DNA of 64,000 nt from Acidobacteriota bacterium (lineage in GTDB: Bacteria; Acidobacteriota; Terriglobia; Bryobacterales; Bryobacteraceae), in NCBI GenBank assembly GCA_947470805.1, contig CANIVU010000029.1:1583-65582 (forward strand), read 5' to 3'. The notes beneath the pieces were generated by a model. The model worked only from the letters and a program-made list of their open reading frames with translations, searched no databases and was not told where the DNA came from. Shown piece after piece: positions 28,848-38,372 of this stretch (positions within the stretch are counted from its first letter, which is position 1; every line of letters begins with the position of its first letter). The position numbers were made by a program, and so were the translations under genes.

Positions 28848-29902
28848 ATGGCACCTTCCGGTTTGCGCGCGCCGTAGGGGCGGGGCGGCGTCAGGCGGTC
28901 GATCAGCGGGGACAGCGCGTTGCCGAGAAGGATGGCGCACATGACGCCTTCGGCGAGGCCGCCGAGGTTGCGGATGAGGATGGTCAACACGCCCATCAGC
29001 ACGCCGTAGATCCACATGCCGCGCGGGGTGACCGGGGAGGCCACCGGGTCCGTCGCCATGAAGGTGGCGCCGAGGAGCAGGCCGCCGGTGAAGAGCATGA
29101 AGAGCGGGTCGGGGTAGCGGGCAGGGTCAAGGAGATGGAACCCCGCCGCCGCTGCCACCGCCCCGCTCAGCATCGCTACGGGGATGCGCCAATCCATCAT
29201 GTGGCGGAAGACCAGGTAGGCGCCGCAGAGGAGAATCAGGAACCCCGGGATTTCGCCCGATGAGCCCGCGCGCTGGCCCCAGAACATGGGCCAGGGGTCG
29301 GTGTAGATGTGGTCGAATTTTTGGAGGACTAATGGAGTGGCGCCGGTGAAGCCGTCGACGCGGACCTGCGAGATCCAGTCGGCGATGGGCGGCGGTTTCA
29401 TCAGCGGCATGGTCCAGGTGGTGGGGACGAATTCGGCGAAGCGCGCTTTGGCTAGGGTCGGCGTGTAGGTGGTGATGGCCACCGGGAAAGCCGCTTGCAG
29501 AAAGGCGCGGCCGACGAGGGCCGGATTGAAGACATTAGACCCGAGACCGCCGAAGAGCAGTTTGCCGGGGGCGATGGCGACCAGGCTGCCGAGCAACGCC
29601 ATCCACAGCGGGAAGCCGGGAGGGAGAGTGAGCCCGAGCAACAGGCCGGTGATGGCGGCGCTGTAGTCGTTGACGGTGGAGGCATTGCCATTGGCGCGGC
29701 AGAGAATATGTTCGGCCAGCACGCAACCGGCGGTGGTTGTCGCGAGCAGCACCAGGGCGCTGAGGCCGAACTGCCAAACGGAGAACGCGGCCAGCGGCAG
29801 CATGGCGTAGACCACGTTCCGCATGATCATGTCCACGGAAAGCGGCCCGTGAAGATGCGGGGACGTGCGGACTTCGATGATGGTCGTGGTGACACCGCTC
29901 AT
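28844..29902 (-). CDS. rnfD: Rnf complex subunit D
   Basis: SPH, FGGLGSNVFNPALVGR, DGFTGATPL, FMATDPV. Confidence 0.93.
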   Translation of the reverse strand: MSGVTTTIIEVRTSPHLHGPLSVDMIMRNVVYAMLPLAAFSVWQFGLSALVLLATTTAGCVLAEHILCRANGNASTVNDYSAAITGLLLGLTLPPGFPLWMALLGSLVAIAPGKLLFGGLGSNVFNPALVGRAFLQAAFPVAITTYTPTLAKARFAEFVPTTWTMPLMKPPPIADWISQVRVDGFTGATPLVLQKFDHIYTDPWPMFWGQRAGSSGEIPGFLILLCGAYLVFRHMMDWRIPVAMLSGAVAAAAGFHLLDPARYPDPLFMLFTGGLLLGATFMATDPVASPVTPRGMWIYGVLMGVLTILIRNLGGLAEGVMCAILLGNALSPLIDRLTPPRPYGARKPEGAI

Positions 29903-31224
29903 GCGCGCGCCTTCCTTTCCCGGTTCATCTGCTTGGCGACTCGGAAATACTGCACCAGCGGGATGTGCGCCGGACAGACATAGCTGCAACAGGCGCATTC
30001 AAAACAGTCGTTCAAGTGGTAGATCTCTTCCATCTCTTCGTAGCGATCCTTGCGCGCCAGCAGGCCCAGGTGGGAGGGGTCCAGATGCAGCGGGCAGACA
30101 TCGACGCAGGCCGCGCAGTGGATGCAGGGGTAGATAGTTTCGGCCTTCTTCGCGGGCATCACCAGGACGCCGGTAACGCCTTTGGTGAGGGGGATGTCGA
30201 AGGAGCCGACGGCCGGGCCCATCATGGGGCCGCCGAGGATGATCGACGCCGCCTGGTCGGTGCAACCGGCTTGTTCCAGCACCCAGCGCAACGGCGTGCC
30301 GAGGGGGATGAGGTAGTTGCCGGGCTTGCTGACGGCGGGTCCGGTGACGGTGACGACGCGCTCAATGAGCCCGTGGCGGTGCGGCAGCAGTTCGCCGATC
30401 TGGGCGAGCGTGGCGACGTTGAAGACGGCGAGGCCGACATCGGCGGGCAGACCACCGGTGGGGATTTCGCGGCCGAGCAACACTTTGACCAGCATCTTCT
30501 CGGCGCCTTGCGGGTACTTGGCGGCGACGGCTTCGATGGTGATATCAGGCCGGTCCGCATTGGCTTTGCGGAGCGCGGCGATGGCGTCCGGCTTGTTGTC
30601 TTCGACGCCGATGACGGCGCGTTCGACACCGAGCGCCCGCATCACCACACGCGTGCCGTGTAGCACCTGTTTGGGGTACTCCACCATCACGCGATGATCA
30701 GTGGTGAGATACGGTTCGCACTCGCAACCATTGACGACGACGGTATCGATATGCCGTCCCTGCGGGGGCTTCAATTTGACGTGTGTCGGGAATGCCGCGC
30801 CGCCCAGACCCACGACGCCGGTCGCCTGCACGGCGGCGATGACTTCAGCCGGCGACATCTGTGTGATGTCCTGATCGGAGCCGTAGAGCACCTCCTGGCT
30901 GGCGCTGGGATACGGCTTGATGTAGATGGCCATGGTCAACTCGCCGCGGGCGCTGGGCGCCGGGGCGATGCGTTCCACGCGGCCGGTGGCGGGGGCGTGC
31001 ATGGGGACGCTCATGAAGCCATCGGCTTCAGCGATCGGTTCACCTCGCACCACTTCCTGACCCTCGCGAACGATGGCCTTGGCCGGTTTGCCGGCGTGTT
31101 GCAACAGCGGGACGACGAGCAATGGCGGGAACGGCAGACGCCGAATCGGCAGATGCGCGGTCTGCTCCTTGTTTTCCGGGACATGTACGCCCCGCCATAA
31201 CCGTTTTGTTCCGAAGAGGTTCAT
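29899..31224 (-). CDS. rnfC: Rnf complex subunit C
   Basis: GLGGAAFPTHVK, NGCECEPYLT.D, KYPQGAEK, GGPMMG, two CxxCxxCxxxCP motifs. Confidence 0.95.
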   Translation of the reverse strand: MNLFGTKRLWRGVHVPENKEQTAHLPIRRLPFPPLLVVPLLQHAGKPAKAIVREGQEVVRGEPIAEADGFMSVPMHAPATGRVERIAPAPSARGELTMAIYIKPYPSASQEVLYGSDQDITQMSPAEVIAAVQATGVVGLGGAAFPTHVKLKPPQGRHIDTVVVNGCECEPYLTTDHRVMVEYPKQVLHGTRVVMRALGVERAVIGVEDNKPDAIAALRKANADRPDITIEAVAAKYPQGAEKMLVKVLLGREIPTGGLPADVGLAVFNVATLAQIGELLPHRHGLIERVVTVTGPAVSKPGNYLIPLGTPLRWVLEQAGCTDQAASIILGGPMMGPAVGSFDIPLTKGVTGVLVMPAKKAETIYPCIHCAACVDVCPLHLDPSHLGLLARKDRYEEMEEIYHLNDCFECACCSYVCPAHIPLVQYFRVAKQMNRERKARA

Positions 31225-31243
31225 GCGAGTGACTCCTGCGGCA

Positions 31244-34200
31244 CTAGTTGTACTTCGCCGCGCGCTTCACGAGCTTCTCCAAATCCTTCTCCGACGGGTC
31301 CATGGGCTGCCCGGGGTGAATGACCTGCGCCGTGCACTTTTCGGCCGCTTTCACCAGATCGCGATACGGTCCGCCCTTCGCGTTCTTGATAATGGCCTGT
31401 TTGTTCTCGTTGTAGGCGAAGATGCGGTTGTTGATCCGCATGCACTCGTCGCAAGAGGTGCACATGGAGGATTCGATCCAAGGTGCGCTGGAGGCCGCGG
31501 CGGGGGCGGCGGGAGCCGGGGCGGGGGCGACCGATGTCGCTGTAGGGACCGGGGCGGCGACGGCCTTGACGGCCATCGGCGCCGGAGCCGCGCCGTCACC
31601 GAGCAGGCTGCCATTGGCAACCATCTCCAGCAACTGCGCCGCAATGGACTGCGCGAATTCGCTGCGCGCCTGTTCGGCGATCGCCGTTGTGTCGACGGCG
31701 GGCCGGACGCCTGCCAGCGACTTCAAGAGCCGCCAGAAGTGGCGTCGATCCTCGCAGGAGTGAACCAACGGTTCGGCGGGAATCACGCGGATCAGCTTGT
31801 TCTTCTTGTTCACCGCCCAGATGTAGGGGAACTTCCCTTCCCTGTCGTCGGCTTCGAACTCTAGATACTCGGCGAGCGGGACCATGTTGTCGTTCCAGGC
31901 GTCGCGCGGTACCGTGCGGAACTGTTTGCGGAAGCGGCCTTCGGTCATGGCGAAGTCGGCGAAGGTCATCGGGACCTCCATTTCGCCGGGCGCGCCGTTC
32001 TCGTCCTGATACTTCAGGGTATAGGTCGGCCAGTCGTCGTCGAGCGAGGGATTGCCGTCGAGGTTCAAGCACTCTTCCGGCAGGTTTCCCTTGTCGGGGT
32101 TGTAGCGGAGGATGGGGTAGGCCCGCGATTCGACGGCGAGCTTGCTCTGGAATTCCGCCAGATCGTCGGCGATTCCGTGCTCCGGCATGCAGGGGCTGTA
32201 GATGTTGAACAGCGCTGGCCGGCGAGCGTTCAGGCCTTCGACGAACGATTCGATCAGGTGCGACGTATTCGCCGTCGTGCCCTGGGCGATGAAGGTCGTT
32301 CGGTGCGCCATGCCGATGAGCGCGATCTCCTTTCGGATCTCTTCCTTGCCGTGGAACGCTTTGCCGTACTGAGCCATATCGGAAACCTGACCCGTAAAGC
32401 CGGACGTGCATGCCTGGCCGCCGGTGTTCGAATAGACCTGCGTATCGAGCACCAACACCTTGATCGGCTTACCGGACATCATCATGCGCGACAGGTTTTG
32501 GAAGCCGATATCGTACATCGCGCCATCGCCGCCGATGGAGACGACAGGCGGGCAGAGGTGGAACTCCTCGTCGGTGAACTGCTTCCAGTTGAAGTAGGTG
32601 AAGAACTCGCCGTGCTTCTCTTTGCGGTAACCGCCGTCGAGTTCCATCTCGGCCATCCGGATGGCGACGAAGCCTTCGGCCATGCGGGCCATGTGGCCTT
32701 CAAAGATACCCATCGCCATGGACGGCGAATCCTGGAAGAGGTGGTTCGTCCACGGGAACGGGTAGGGGTTGAAGGGGTAGGTCGACGCCCATACGGACGT
32801 GCAACCGGTGGAGTTGACGATGCCCATGCTGGCGCGGCCGCGGCGGCCGGCACCGTCGGTGTACTGCCAGCGCAGGTGCTTCAACTTGGCGATTAGCTGC
32901 GACACCCAGCGGAGCCATTCCGGATCGATGGTCTTGCCGGCGTGGCGGGCGTCGAGTTGTTCAGAGAAACTCGCCAGCGTGACATCGGCGTTGTGCAGAT
33001 GGTCGAGCGCGTTGGCCACACGGGCGTCGTCACTGAGATCGATCGTGGCCGCGAGCTTCAACCGCGTGTGCTGGTCGAGCCGGGCAATCAGATCGTCGAT
33101 CTTCTCAATCTGCCGGGCCACGCGCGGTTGCATCAGCGCTTCCGCGGTCGCAACAAAGAGGTGCACCACGGTCTTCTCACCACAGCCCAGGCAGGCGCCG
33201 TCGCCGCCCACCATGCCCATGTAGTTCTTCCTGTCGAGCAGCAGCGTATGCAGCGCGCCGATGCCCTCGTCGAGGCTATCGATGCGTATGAACTCGGGGG
33301 CCGTTGTCGGCAGGGACTGCCACAGATCCCAGTTACGCCGCAGCTTCTCCGTCGATTCCGGCGTCTGCGTCACCGGCTTCAGCGCGTTGTCGTTACAGAC
33401 CTTGACACACTCCATGCAGCCCTTACAGGCGAACGGATTGACGGTAATCGACAACAGACCGCCGGATCCCTGCTGCTTTTTCTCGCGCGCCGTCCAGAAG
33501 GGCTGCGGCGTGGCAAAGGCAAAGTCACCGACCGCGGCGCGCAGGTTGTGCAGTTCCTCGGTGAGTTCCTTCTTCTCGGTGTTTTCGAGCGGATAGGCCG
33601 CCAGCAAATCTTCCATCGCGGCGTCGAGCATCTTGCCGACGTCGGGCCTGCTCATGCCGTCGCCGAGCTTCGCGCGCAGCTTCTGGTCCAAGGTACGAAT
33701 GGCTCGGGGCAACTGCCTGGCTGGCTGGCCGTTGGCGATCACTTTCTTCATCGCCGTTTCCAACACGGCCAGCACAGAGTGCACGAGGCCGGGAATCGCG
33801 CTGTCGGGACAAATCGTGTAGCAGGCGCCGCACGCCGTGCAGTTCTCCGGCAGCCATTCGGGATGCTCGAACCGCACGCCGGTCATGTCGCGGAACAGAG
33901 CCGTGGTGGCGGGGATGAAGCTGAGGCCGATAAACGGGTCGGCCAGATTGTCGTTCCCGCGGCCGGTGGCGTAAAAGGTGCCGGTCTGCTCCCAGAAGCG
34001 GTGGATGTCGGTGGTCGCCGTCGCCGCGGCCACTTGCCGCTGCAGCACCATCGGCACATCCGGCGCCTTGCGAACGGCGAGCGGAGTGGCGTTGATTTTT
34101 TTGTCTTTAATCTCCTTCACCTCGTCGAATCCGCGGCGCACGACGCGCACGTTGTCTTCTACCACTCGCGCGCCCTTGGTGCCGAACTTGTGCTCGAGTT

Positions 34201-36184
34201 GCAAGCGGATGGCCTGGAACAGATTCTGATCGGTCAACTTCGCCTGGCCCATCAACGGCGAGGCCGCAAAGAAGGCGCCCTGGAAGGCGTTGCCCTGCAT
34301 GCGGAACTGCAGTTCGACGTCAGTGGCCTCTTCGCGGGCGATTTTAAAGGCGTCCAGGTAGTAGAGGTGAATCTCGTTGTCGATCAGAATCCGCTGGAAC
34401 TTCTCAGGAATCTGTTGCCAGACGTCGGCCGGATCGGTATGCGCGCTCTGCAAAATGAACACGCCGCCGCGCTTCAAACCAGCCAGAGGATTGGAGTGCA
34501 GGAACACGTTCGGATCGGGCGAGAGCACCACGTCCACGTAGAAGTAGTCGCAGTTGACGCGAATCGGCTCGGGCGCCGCGGCCAGGTAGTAGGTGGTCGG
34601 TTGCCCCTTCTTTTCGGAACCGTATTTCGGGTTGGCTTTGATGTGATAGCCCAACAGGTCAAACAGCGTCATCGCCAGGTTTTTGCCTGTCGTGATCGCG
34701 CCCCAGCCGCCCACCGAATGGAACCGCACAGTGATGCTGTTTTTCGGCATCAGGTTCGGATTCTCGCTGCCATGGACGGCCAGCGCCTTCAGCCCCGGAT
34801 AGGCGTCGGCCACCTGGATCTGATGGATCTCCTGTTTCGGTGTGAACGGCTTGTCGTGCACGAAGTCGATCGACAGGTAGAAAAACCTCCGTTTGCCGCC
34901 GTTCGGCAACATGTTTTCAATCGCGCCAATCAGCCCTTCCGGCTGTAAGTCGCGGCTGCCCAGGCCGAACGAACCGGAATACAGCGGCGGCATATCTTCG
35001 GCTTTTTTATAGCTCGCGTAGCCTTCGTGCACCACGCCGGAGCGGCCATTCTCCACGCAGCGGCCCAGCGCCGCGCGCACTTCACGGATCAGCGGCAAAT
35101 CTTCGGCCAGCGGTTGATCCACGCGTTCCAGTACGGTCACGCCCTTGCGGCCCTGCAGCAAGGCGCCCAGCACATCGCCGGGGAACGGGCGGAACATCGT
35201 AAGGTTCACGACGCCCACTTTCAGCTTCCGGGTCTCGCGCAGATAGTCGGCCACAACCTCGGCCGTCACCAGCATGCTGCCCATTCCAAGGATCAGGTAT
35301 TCAGCGTCTTCGGCGCGATAGGTGGACACGCGCTGATAGCGGCGCCCGGTCAGCGCGTAGAACTCCTCCATCGCCTGATCGGTGATCCCTGCAATATGGG
35401 CGAAGAAGTAGGGCCGTTGCGCGGCCACGCTCTGCATGTAGGCGTCCTGGTTTTGCACCGTCCCGATCATCACGGGATTGTCCACCGTCCACAGCTCCGG
35501 AATGCGGCGCCGTTGCGGCCCGTAGAGGAGCCGTTGCGCCGGGGTCGGCGTGTCGATGATGTCGTCCGGCCGGCCCAGGTATTCCTGAATCAACTCGCGC
35601 TCCGGTAGCAGCAGCGATTCGATCAAGTGCGTGGTAAGAAACCCGTCCTGCGCGCAGATGCCCGGCGTCAACGACAGTTCGGCGATCCGGTGCGAGATGA
35701 TGTTCAAATCGCACACTTCCTGCGCGCTCTTGCCAAAGAGTTGGAAGAACCCGGTGTCATCAATGCAGTGATAGTCGTCGTGGCCGGCGTGCACATTCAG
35801 CGTCGATTTCGTCATCGCGCGGCAGCCCATGTTCAGTACATAAGTGAGCCGCTTGCCGACGGCCGCGTACAGCGACTCGTGCATGTAGGCAATGCCCTGC
35901 CCCGACGAAAAATTGGTCGCGCGCAGCCCGGTCATCGAAAGCCCGGCCGTCACGGCGGCGGCGGCATGTTCGCCTTCCGGTTCAATGAAAATCAACGGGC
36001 GGCCGGAGATGTTGATGTGGCCTTTGGCCGACTCTTCAGCCCAGTATTCGCCCATCTGCGTGGAGGGAGTGATCGGGTATGCACCCGCGGCGTCGCTCGA
36101 CTCCCGTTCGCACATAACGACGGCGGTGTTCCCATCCATCGCCTGCCGCACGCCGGGGTAACGGAAGCTCTGTTTGCCATTCAT
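31244..36184 (-). CDS. Large single-chain pyruvate/2-oxoacid:ferredoxin oxidoreductase (NifJ/PFOR-like) with extra C-terminal ferredoxin
   Basis: YPITPST, GLGSRD, YGSEKKG, CTACGACYTICP, CKGCMECVKVC, GACLGCGE, GGDGAMYDIG, YSNTGGQ; Ala/Pro linker then CTSCDEC...C. Confidence 0.92.
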   Translation of the reverse strand: MNGKQSFRYPGVRQAMDGNTAVVMCERESSDAAGAYPITPSTQMGEYWAEESAKGHINISGRPLIFIEPEGEHAAAAVTAGLSMTGLRATNFSSGQGIAYMHESLYAAVGKRLTYVLNMGCRAMTKSTLNVHAGHDDYHCIDDTGFFQLFGKSAQEVCDLNIISHRIAELSLTPGICAQDGFLTTHLIESLLLPERELIQEYLGRPDDIIDTPTPAQRLLYGPQRRRIPELWTVDNPVMIGTVQNQDAYMQSVAAQRPYFFAHIAGITDQAMEEFYALTGRRYQRVSTYRAEDAEYLILGMGSMLVTAEVVADYLRETRKLKVGVVNLTMFRPFPGDVLGALLQGRKGVTVLERVDQPLAEDLPLIREVRAALGRCVENGRSGVVHEGYASYKKAEDMPPLYSGSFGLGSRDLQPEGLIGAIENMLPNGGKRRFFYLSIDFVHDKPFTPKQEIHQIQVADAYPGLKALAVHGSENPNLMPKNSITVRFHSVGGWGAITTGKNLAMTLFDLLGYHIKANPKYGSEKKGQPTTYYLAAAPEPIRVNCDYFYVDVVLSPDPNVFLHSNPLAGLKRGGVFILQSAHTDPADVWQQIPEKFQRILIDNEIHLYYLDAFKIAREEATDVELQFRMQGNAFQGAFFAASPLMGQAKLTDQNLFQAIRLQLEHKFGTKGARVVEDNVRVVRRGFDEVKEIKDKKINATPLAVRKAPDVPMVLQRQVAAATATTDIHRFWEQTGTFYATGRGNDNLADPFIGLSFIPATTALFRDMTGVRFEHPEWLPENCTACGACYTICPDSAIPGLVHSVLAVLETAMKKVIANGQPARQLPRAIRTLDQKLRAKLGDGMSRPDVGKMLDAAMEDLLAAYPLENTEKKELTEELHNLRAAVGDFAFATPQPFWTAREKKQQGSGGLLSITVNPFACKGCMECVKVCNDNALKPVTQTPESTEKLRRNWDLWQSLPTTAPEFIRIDSLDEGIGALHTLLLDRKNYMGMVGGDGACLGCGEKTVVHLFVATAEALMQPRVARQIEKIDDLIARLDQHTRLKLAATIDLSDDARVANALDHLHNADVTLASFSEQLDARHAGKTIDPEWLRWVSQLIAKLKHLRWQYTDGAGRRGRASMGIVNSTGCTSVWASTYPFNPYPFPWTNHLFQDSPSMAMGIFEGHMARMAEGFVAIRMAEMELDGGYRKEKHGEFFTYFNWKQFTDEEFHLCPPVVSIGGDGAMYDIGFQNLSRMMMSGKPIKVLVLDTQVYSNTGGQACTSGFTGQVSDMAQYGKAFHGKEEIRKEIALIGMAHRTTFIAQGTTANTSHLIESFVEGLNARRPALFNIYSPCMPEHGIADDLAEFQSKLAVESRAYPILRYNPDKGNLPEECLNLDGNPSLDDDWPTYTLKYQDENGAPGEMEVPMTFADFAMTEGRFRKQFRTVPRDAWNDNMVPLAEYLEFEADDREGKFPYIWAVNKKNKLIRVIPAEPLVHSCEDRRHFWRLLKSLAGVRPAVDTTAIAEQARSEFAQSIAAQLLEMVANGSLLGDGAAPAPMAVKAVAAPVPTATSVAPAPAPAAPAAASSAPWIESSMCTSCDECMRINNRIFAYNENKQAIIKNAKGGPYRDLVKAAEKCTAQVIHPGQPMDPSEKDLEKLVKRAAKYN

Positions 36185-37101
36185 GAGTGCACTCCTTGAG
36201 TTGAACTATTTGCCCGCTGCAGAGGCAGGTCCGCCTCGGCCACAGGTAACGGCGATTGCCGTGTAATTCGCTTTGCGTCCAGGCCGCGCATGGGCGGCTT
36301 GTCCTTTTCCATCCACACGATTGCCCCGGTCGGGCAGCGCTGGATGGGCGTTGGTGTCGCCAGCGCGTTTCGCGCATAGTCGACCACCGCCAGATTGTTG
36401 ACAATTTGAATCAGCCCCGCAGGCGCATCCGCGGCGCAACGTCCGCACGCCGTGCAGGCAACTTCGCAATCCAACTCCGACTGCTGCCCGTCGGCTAGAT
36501 TCTTACAGGCTACCCACAGGCGGTGGCTCACCAGATGCAAAGAAAACAGTTGTTTCGGGCAGATGTCGACACAATCGCCACACGCGGTGCACATGGAAGG
36601 CATCACGACGGGCAGGCTGTGACGATCCATCGTGATCGCCTTGAAATCGCAGACCCGCTCGCAATCCCCCAGGCCCAGGCACCCCCAACTGCAACCCTTG
36701 CCACCACCGTTGACCAATGCTGCCGCACGGCAGGTCTGCAAACCCACGTATTGAGCCCGGTGGCGCGCCACATGGGGCCCGCCAGCACAGGCTAATCGCG
36801 CCACCCGGCGTTCTTCGGTCCCGGCGTCGATCTGCAATAACGCGGCGATCGCCTGCACCCCATCCGGCGTGCTAACCGTGCACTTGCCCGGCGCGATTTC
36901 GCCCTTTACCGCCTTCTCCGCGAACGCCCGGCAACCCGCGCAGCCGCAGGCGCCGCAGTTGGCCTTCGGCAGCATCCCCTCGACTTCATCGATTCGAGGA
37001 TCCTCATACACATACAACTTCCTGTCGGCATAAGCGAGCATCGCCGCCAGTGCGACCCCGATCCCGCCCATCACCCCGCCGGCAACCAGGAACTCATTCA
37101 T
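36181..37101 (-). CDS. rnfB: Rnf complex subunit B
   Basis: N-terminal TM, LPKANCGACGCAGC, CSWGCLGLGDCERVC, CTACGDCVDICP, CTACGRC. Confidence 0.92.
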   Translation of the reverse strand: MNEFLVAGGVMGGIGVALAAMLAYADRKLYVYEDPRIDEVEGMLPKANCGACGCAGCRAFAEKAVKGEIAPGKCTVSTPDGVQAIAALLQIDAGTEERRVARLACAGGPHVARHRAQYVGLQTCRAAALVNGGGKGCSWGCLGLGDCERVCDFKAITMDRHSLPVVMPSMCTACGDCVDICPKQLFSLHLVSHRLWVACKNLADGQQSELDCEVACTACGRCAADAPAGLIQIVNNLAVVDYARNALATPTPIQRCPTGAIVWMEKDKPPMRGLDAKRITRQSPLPVAEADLPLQRANSSTQGVHS

Positions 37102-37344
37102 ACTTTCACCCTCCTCGTCGCGCCATCCCGCCCGGAGACGGTGGGGGATATGCCCCGGTGGCCGGGGGCCCCATCGGCCCGCTCACCCGAAAGGGCGCCG
37201 GAAACGATAGAAAAAGTCCTGATTTCGGCCTTTTTTGTGGTTATCCATGTCCTCATAGTGGCTCTGTCCGCAGCTTTTCCTTCGCAAGATCAGGGCCAAA
37301 CCGGCGATTCCGTTTGGCATTCAACTTGCACCCCACCCCACCGT

Positions 37345-38370
37345 ATGGTCAACATCTGGCGACGTACCGCGCTCTCCCTCGCCATCGCCGGCGGCCTCTT
37401 CGGCCTCCGGTTTGTTCCCTGGGAAAAGCCGGTCTCCACCATCCGCCTCAGCCGCCCGCTCATGGGCACGCTATGGACCATTGAAGTGTTCGACGAGGCC
37501 CGCCCCGCCGCCGCCCGCGCGGCCATTGATCAGGCCTACGCCGAACTGAACCGCATCGATCGCTTGATGAGCGAGTGGAAGCCCGAGTCCCCTATCTCAC
37601 AGGTCAACGCCGCGGCCGGCCGCCATCCCGTCGAGGTCCCCGCCGAACTCCGGGAATTGATCGAACGCAGCATCCGCTACAGCCGCATCACCGAGGGCGC
37701 CTTTGACATTACATGGCGCGGCATGGGATCTATCTGGAAATTCGACGATACCTTCCGACCGCCCACCAAACAAGCCGTCGAAACAGCCCGCCGCAACGTG
37801 GACTACCGTGCCATTCAAATCCACGGCAACCGCGTTTTCCTTCCGAAATCCACGATGAGCATCGGCCTTGGCGGCATTGCCAAAGGCTACGCGGTGGACC
37901 GCGCCGCGGCCGTTCTCGCGCAAGCCGGCTTTACCAATACGATGATCGATGGCGGTGGCGACGTCCGCGTGTCCGGCGCCCGCAACGGCCAACCCTGGCG
38001 GCTGGGCATTCAACATCCCCGCCGCGAACACGGCCAACTGCTCGCCGCCGTCCAACCGCGCAATCAGTCGCTGGTTACCTCCGGCGATTATGAACGCTTC
38101 CGTATCGTCAACAACGTCCGGTACCACCACATTATCGACGTCCGCACCGGCTGGCCCGCCAACGCCGCCAGTTCCGTCAGCGTGCTCGCCCCCACCGCCG
38201 AACAGGGCGTCGTACTCGCCAAAGGCATCTTTATCCTGGGCCCGGAAAAGGGCCTCGCCCTCGCCCATACCGAAGGGGTGGAGGCGCTCCTCATCGATCC
38301 AGGCGGCCGCCTCTTCGCCACCTCCGGATTCCAGAAAGTTCTCGAATTCCCCCAACAGGAAGACAAATAG
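37345..38370 (+). CDS. apbE: FAD:protein FMN transferase
   Basis: MGT, GAFDIT, LGGIAKGYAVD, GGD, TSGDYER, YHHIID.RTG. Confidence 0.93.
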   Translation: MVNIWRRTALSLAIAGGLFGLRFVPWEKPVSTIRLSRPLMGTLWTIEVFDEARPAAARAAIDQAYAELNRIDRLMSEWKPESPISQVNAAAGRHPVEVPAELRELIERSIRYSRITEGAFDITWRGMGSIWKFDDTFRPPTKQAVETARRNVDYRAIQIHGNRVFLPKSTMSIGLGGIAKGYAVDRAAAVLAQAGFTNTMIDGGGDVRVSGARNGQPWRLGIQHPRREHGQLLAAVQPRNQSLVTSGDYERFRIVNNVRYHHIIDVRTGWPANAASSVSVLAPTAEQGVVLAKGIFILGPEKGLALAHTEGVEALLIDPGGRLFATSGFQKVLEFPQQEDK

Positions 38371-38372
38371 AC

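Noticed and set aside
32942..34948. 668 aa plus-strand ORF and other long antisense ORFs (e.g. 19790..21529, 10854..12353, 50900..52309)
   Set aside because: Shadow ORFs opposite well-supported genes in high-GC DNA, with no recognisable motifs.
37102..37344. FNR/Rex-type redox operator between rnfB and apbE
   Set aside because: No adequate match to TTGAT-N4-ATCAA or TTGTGAA-N4-TTCACAA seen by eye.
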